Positions 49,301 to 52,300 of a stretch of 64,000 nt of DNA are shown here, piece after piece; the first letter of the stretch is position 1, and the number at the start of each line of letters is the position of its first letter. A model generated the notes under the pieces. It had not been told where the DNA came from. It did no database searches and saw only the letters and a program-made list of their open reading frames with translations. The translations under genes were made by a program, and so were the position numbers. Source of the stretch: Ilumatobacteraceae bacterium (lineage in GTDB: Bacteria; Actinomycetota; Acidimicrobiia; Acidimicrobiales; Ilumatobacteraceae); assembly GCA_044341035.1 (NCBI GenBank), contig JBIISL010000002.1, positions 16,224-80,223 of the forward strand, in the 5' to 3' direction.

Positions 49301-52300
49301 ATGTCGCATGTTGCAACAGGCCTCACAAATGGCACGACGTATGTTTTCCGCATCTTGGCAACAAATGCCGCAGGTGCAGGTGCTGCAACAGAGCAAGTAC
49401 TAGCAACGCCGTCTACAACTCCAGGTGCTCCAACTTCAGTGGCAACTGTTGCCGGTGATGGGTTTGTTACCTTGACATGGGTTGCTCCAACTTCAAACGG
49501 TGGTACAACTGTCACGTCGTACCTCATTGAGAAGTCAACTGACGGAACAATGTGGACAACAGCGGCAACAACATCGGCTCGTGAATTTACGGTGACTGGT
49601 TTGGCAAACGGAACTTCATACCGTTTCCGTATCAGTGCAGAAAATGCTGCGGGTACTGGTGCATCGGCACAAGCAAGTTCCACTGTCACGCCAAGTGCAA
49701 AGGCCACGGCTCCAACATCGGTGACTGCGACCCCATCAAATGGCGCAATCGCATTGGCCTGGGGAGCACCAACTGATACCGGTGGTTCTGCCTTGACGGG
49801 TTACATCGTTGAACAAAGTGTTGACGGGGGTATGACATGGACAACCGCAGCAACAACTGCAACACCATCGACATCGCTGACTGGCTTGACCAACGGAACG
49901 ACCTACTCGTATCGAGTTCGTGCGAACAACTCCATCGGGTCAGGCGCTGCATCAACTGTTATGACAACTACGCCGTTCACGGTTCCAGGCGCACCACGCA
50001 ACGTTGCGTCCTTCGCCGGTGATAAGGAAGTTCTTCTCACGTGGGGAGCGCCACTAAACACCGGTGGTTCGGTCATCACCGGTTACGTTGTGCAACAGTC
50101 CACGAATGGAACAACATGGACAACTGTTGAAATGCCATCGGTTGCTTCAACAACAATCACTGGTTTGACCAACGGTACGACCTATTCATTCCGCGTGTTT
50201 GCAGTAAATGCTGCCGTTACAAATATCAATAACATCGCAACATCTGGAGCAACCGCTTCATCTGTTGTAACGGGGATTCCGAAGACAACAGCATCGGCAC
50301 CACAATCGCTGACACCTGTTTCTGGGGATCGTCAGATCTCACTGTCGTGGACAGCGCCAGTTGATAACGGTGGCGTGGCTCTCACCGGTTACAGCGTCCA
50401 GCGTTCAGCTGATGGTGGGCGCACTTGGACAACTGCAGTTTCGACAGCATCTTCAGTGCTGACCGCGACAATTAATGGTCTTACCAATGGCGTTGCATAT
50501 GTATTCCGTGTTGCTGCAATCAATGCGGCCGGTGTGGGCGCGGCAGGTACATGGGTGACAGCTGCACCTGTAGCTGCGCCAGCAGCACCTGCTTCCGTCT
50601 CTGCAACCGCTTCGGCGTCAAGTGCAACTCTGAATTGGTCACCTCCAGTCGACAATGGTGGTGCATCCATTATTGGTTATCGGATTGAGCAATCAGAAGA
50701 TGGTGGATCAACGTGGGGGACCGCCGTCCAATTGGGCGCCACAGTTCAAGCGCAGTCAGTGCGCAAACTGACATTGGATAATGCAGGTCTTTCTACTTCG
50801 ACTTCTTTACAGGTCACTGGCCTTCAATCTGGTCGCTCCTACCTATTCCGTGTGCAGGCGTATTCAGTTGTTGGCGAGAGCCCATGGAATCAAGTTGCAG
50901 TCAAGGTTGGCTTGGCCCCAACTACACCGGGCACACCAAAGTTGACTCCGTCAAAAACTTCAGTTGTGGTGTCATGGGCAGCGTCAACTGCAGCGGGTGT
51001 ACCTAAATACACAGTGCAGCGTTCCAATGATGGCGGCAAGACGTGGACAGATGTGGTGACCACGAGCGAGACGACTATCACTGATGATGGTTTAACCTCT
51101 GACGCTTCGTATTCATATCGAGTATTTGCCGAATATGCGGGCATGACCTCCAGTAAGTCTGGCGCCACCACTACTAAAACTCTGATACCTGCTGAATCAG
51201 TTCCAAATCCAACATTCGAAATCAACTTGGTATTGCGTTCAGACGTGGTTCCCACTTCTCGTAACTTCACTGTTGCAGGTGCAAATTTGAAAGGTGCTTC
51301 TTTAGTGAAGTTGTACCTTGCAGAAGTGCTTGCTACGCCCGCAGTTAACTCCGCGGCACTTCATAGGCGTGTTTTTTCAGCATTGGGTCCTGAAACGCTT
51401 CTTACGACCGCAACCGTAAATAAAGACGGCACGTTTGTGGCAACAGCCAGTTTGCCAGCCTCGCTAGCAAAAGGTAATTACAGAATTACTGCCAGAGGAA
51501 CAGCATTCAATGGTGATCCTGTGACTTCATCTGCTGATTTCGTTGTTCCGGCCGACTGGGCAGAAATTCTTAATCCGTCGACGCCTTCGACTTCAACAAC
51601 TTCAACAACTTCAACAACATCAACAACGTCGACGACTTCGACCACGGTTCCCGCAGTAACCCCGATAGTTCCGCCCAAGGCAACGCCGGGTGGTGCGCCA
51701 TTCGATCCGAAGAGCGATCCGAAGGGCGTCGTTGGTCTCGCTGGTCAAGCAGCGGTGTTAGCTGCATTGCTGGCGGCTGGAGCAGCAAAACGTGGCAAAA
51801 AAGAAGATGAAGAATCAGGCGATGATGAAGATCGCGGTTCAGGAGACATCTCTGATACCGCGGTGAAATTCCGAAAGACTGATGTCGATGGTTCTAACGA
51901 CGCAATTCAGCCACGGACCACACGATGGCTAGATAAGTGGTCATTAAAGTCCCCACACCGTCTGGTGCAATCGTCGCCACTACTTGCTCGTCTTGTTGTG
52001 GATGGAACGTACCTTCGTTCACTGTTGGGCATCTTCTGGTTGGCATTGCCGTTCGCAGGAGTTGTCCTCGGAATCCTTTCCGCAGTAGATACGGAATTCA
52101 ATATTGTGATGCCCGCATTTGCGTTGCTCGTTTCGATCTTAATTTTGGGAATTCTTGATGCGTTCTCTGGTCTTCTTGGAGTACTGGTCTTTGCGGTACT
52201 CGCCGGAATCGGAGGAGGATTCACTTCGTCTGATTCCCTCCGAGGAATGCTGGGACTGTGTGCATTCTCTCTTGGAGTGCCACTGATTGCGACAGCATCA

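Larger units (their letters stand above)
22688..51180 (+). repeat. Array of FN3-like coding modules within the giant gene (hand count of about 87, interrupted by three LamG-like inserts)
   Basis: I counted one F-strand motif (G..Y.[FY]R[VI].A....G.G or a variant) per module through the translated ORF. The count is approximate (plus or minus a few). Confidence 0.85.

Noticed and set aside
41050-50900. Regular periodicity of about 288 nt, which could superficially suggest a CRISPR-like or satellite repeat array.
   Set aside because: The periodicity is protein-coding (FN3 modules), with conservation at amino-acid motif level only. There are no short identical direct repeats separated by unique spacers.
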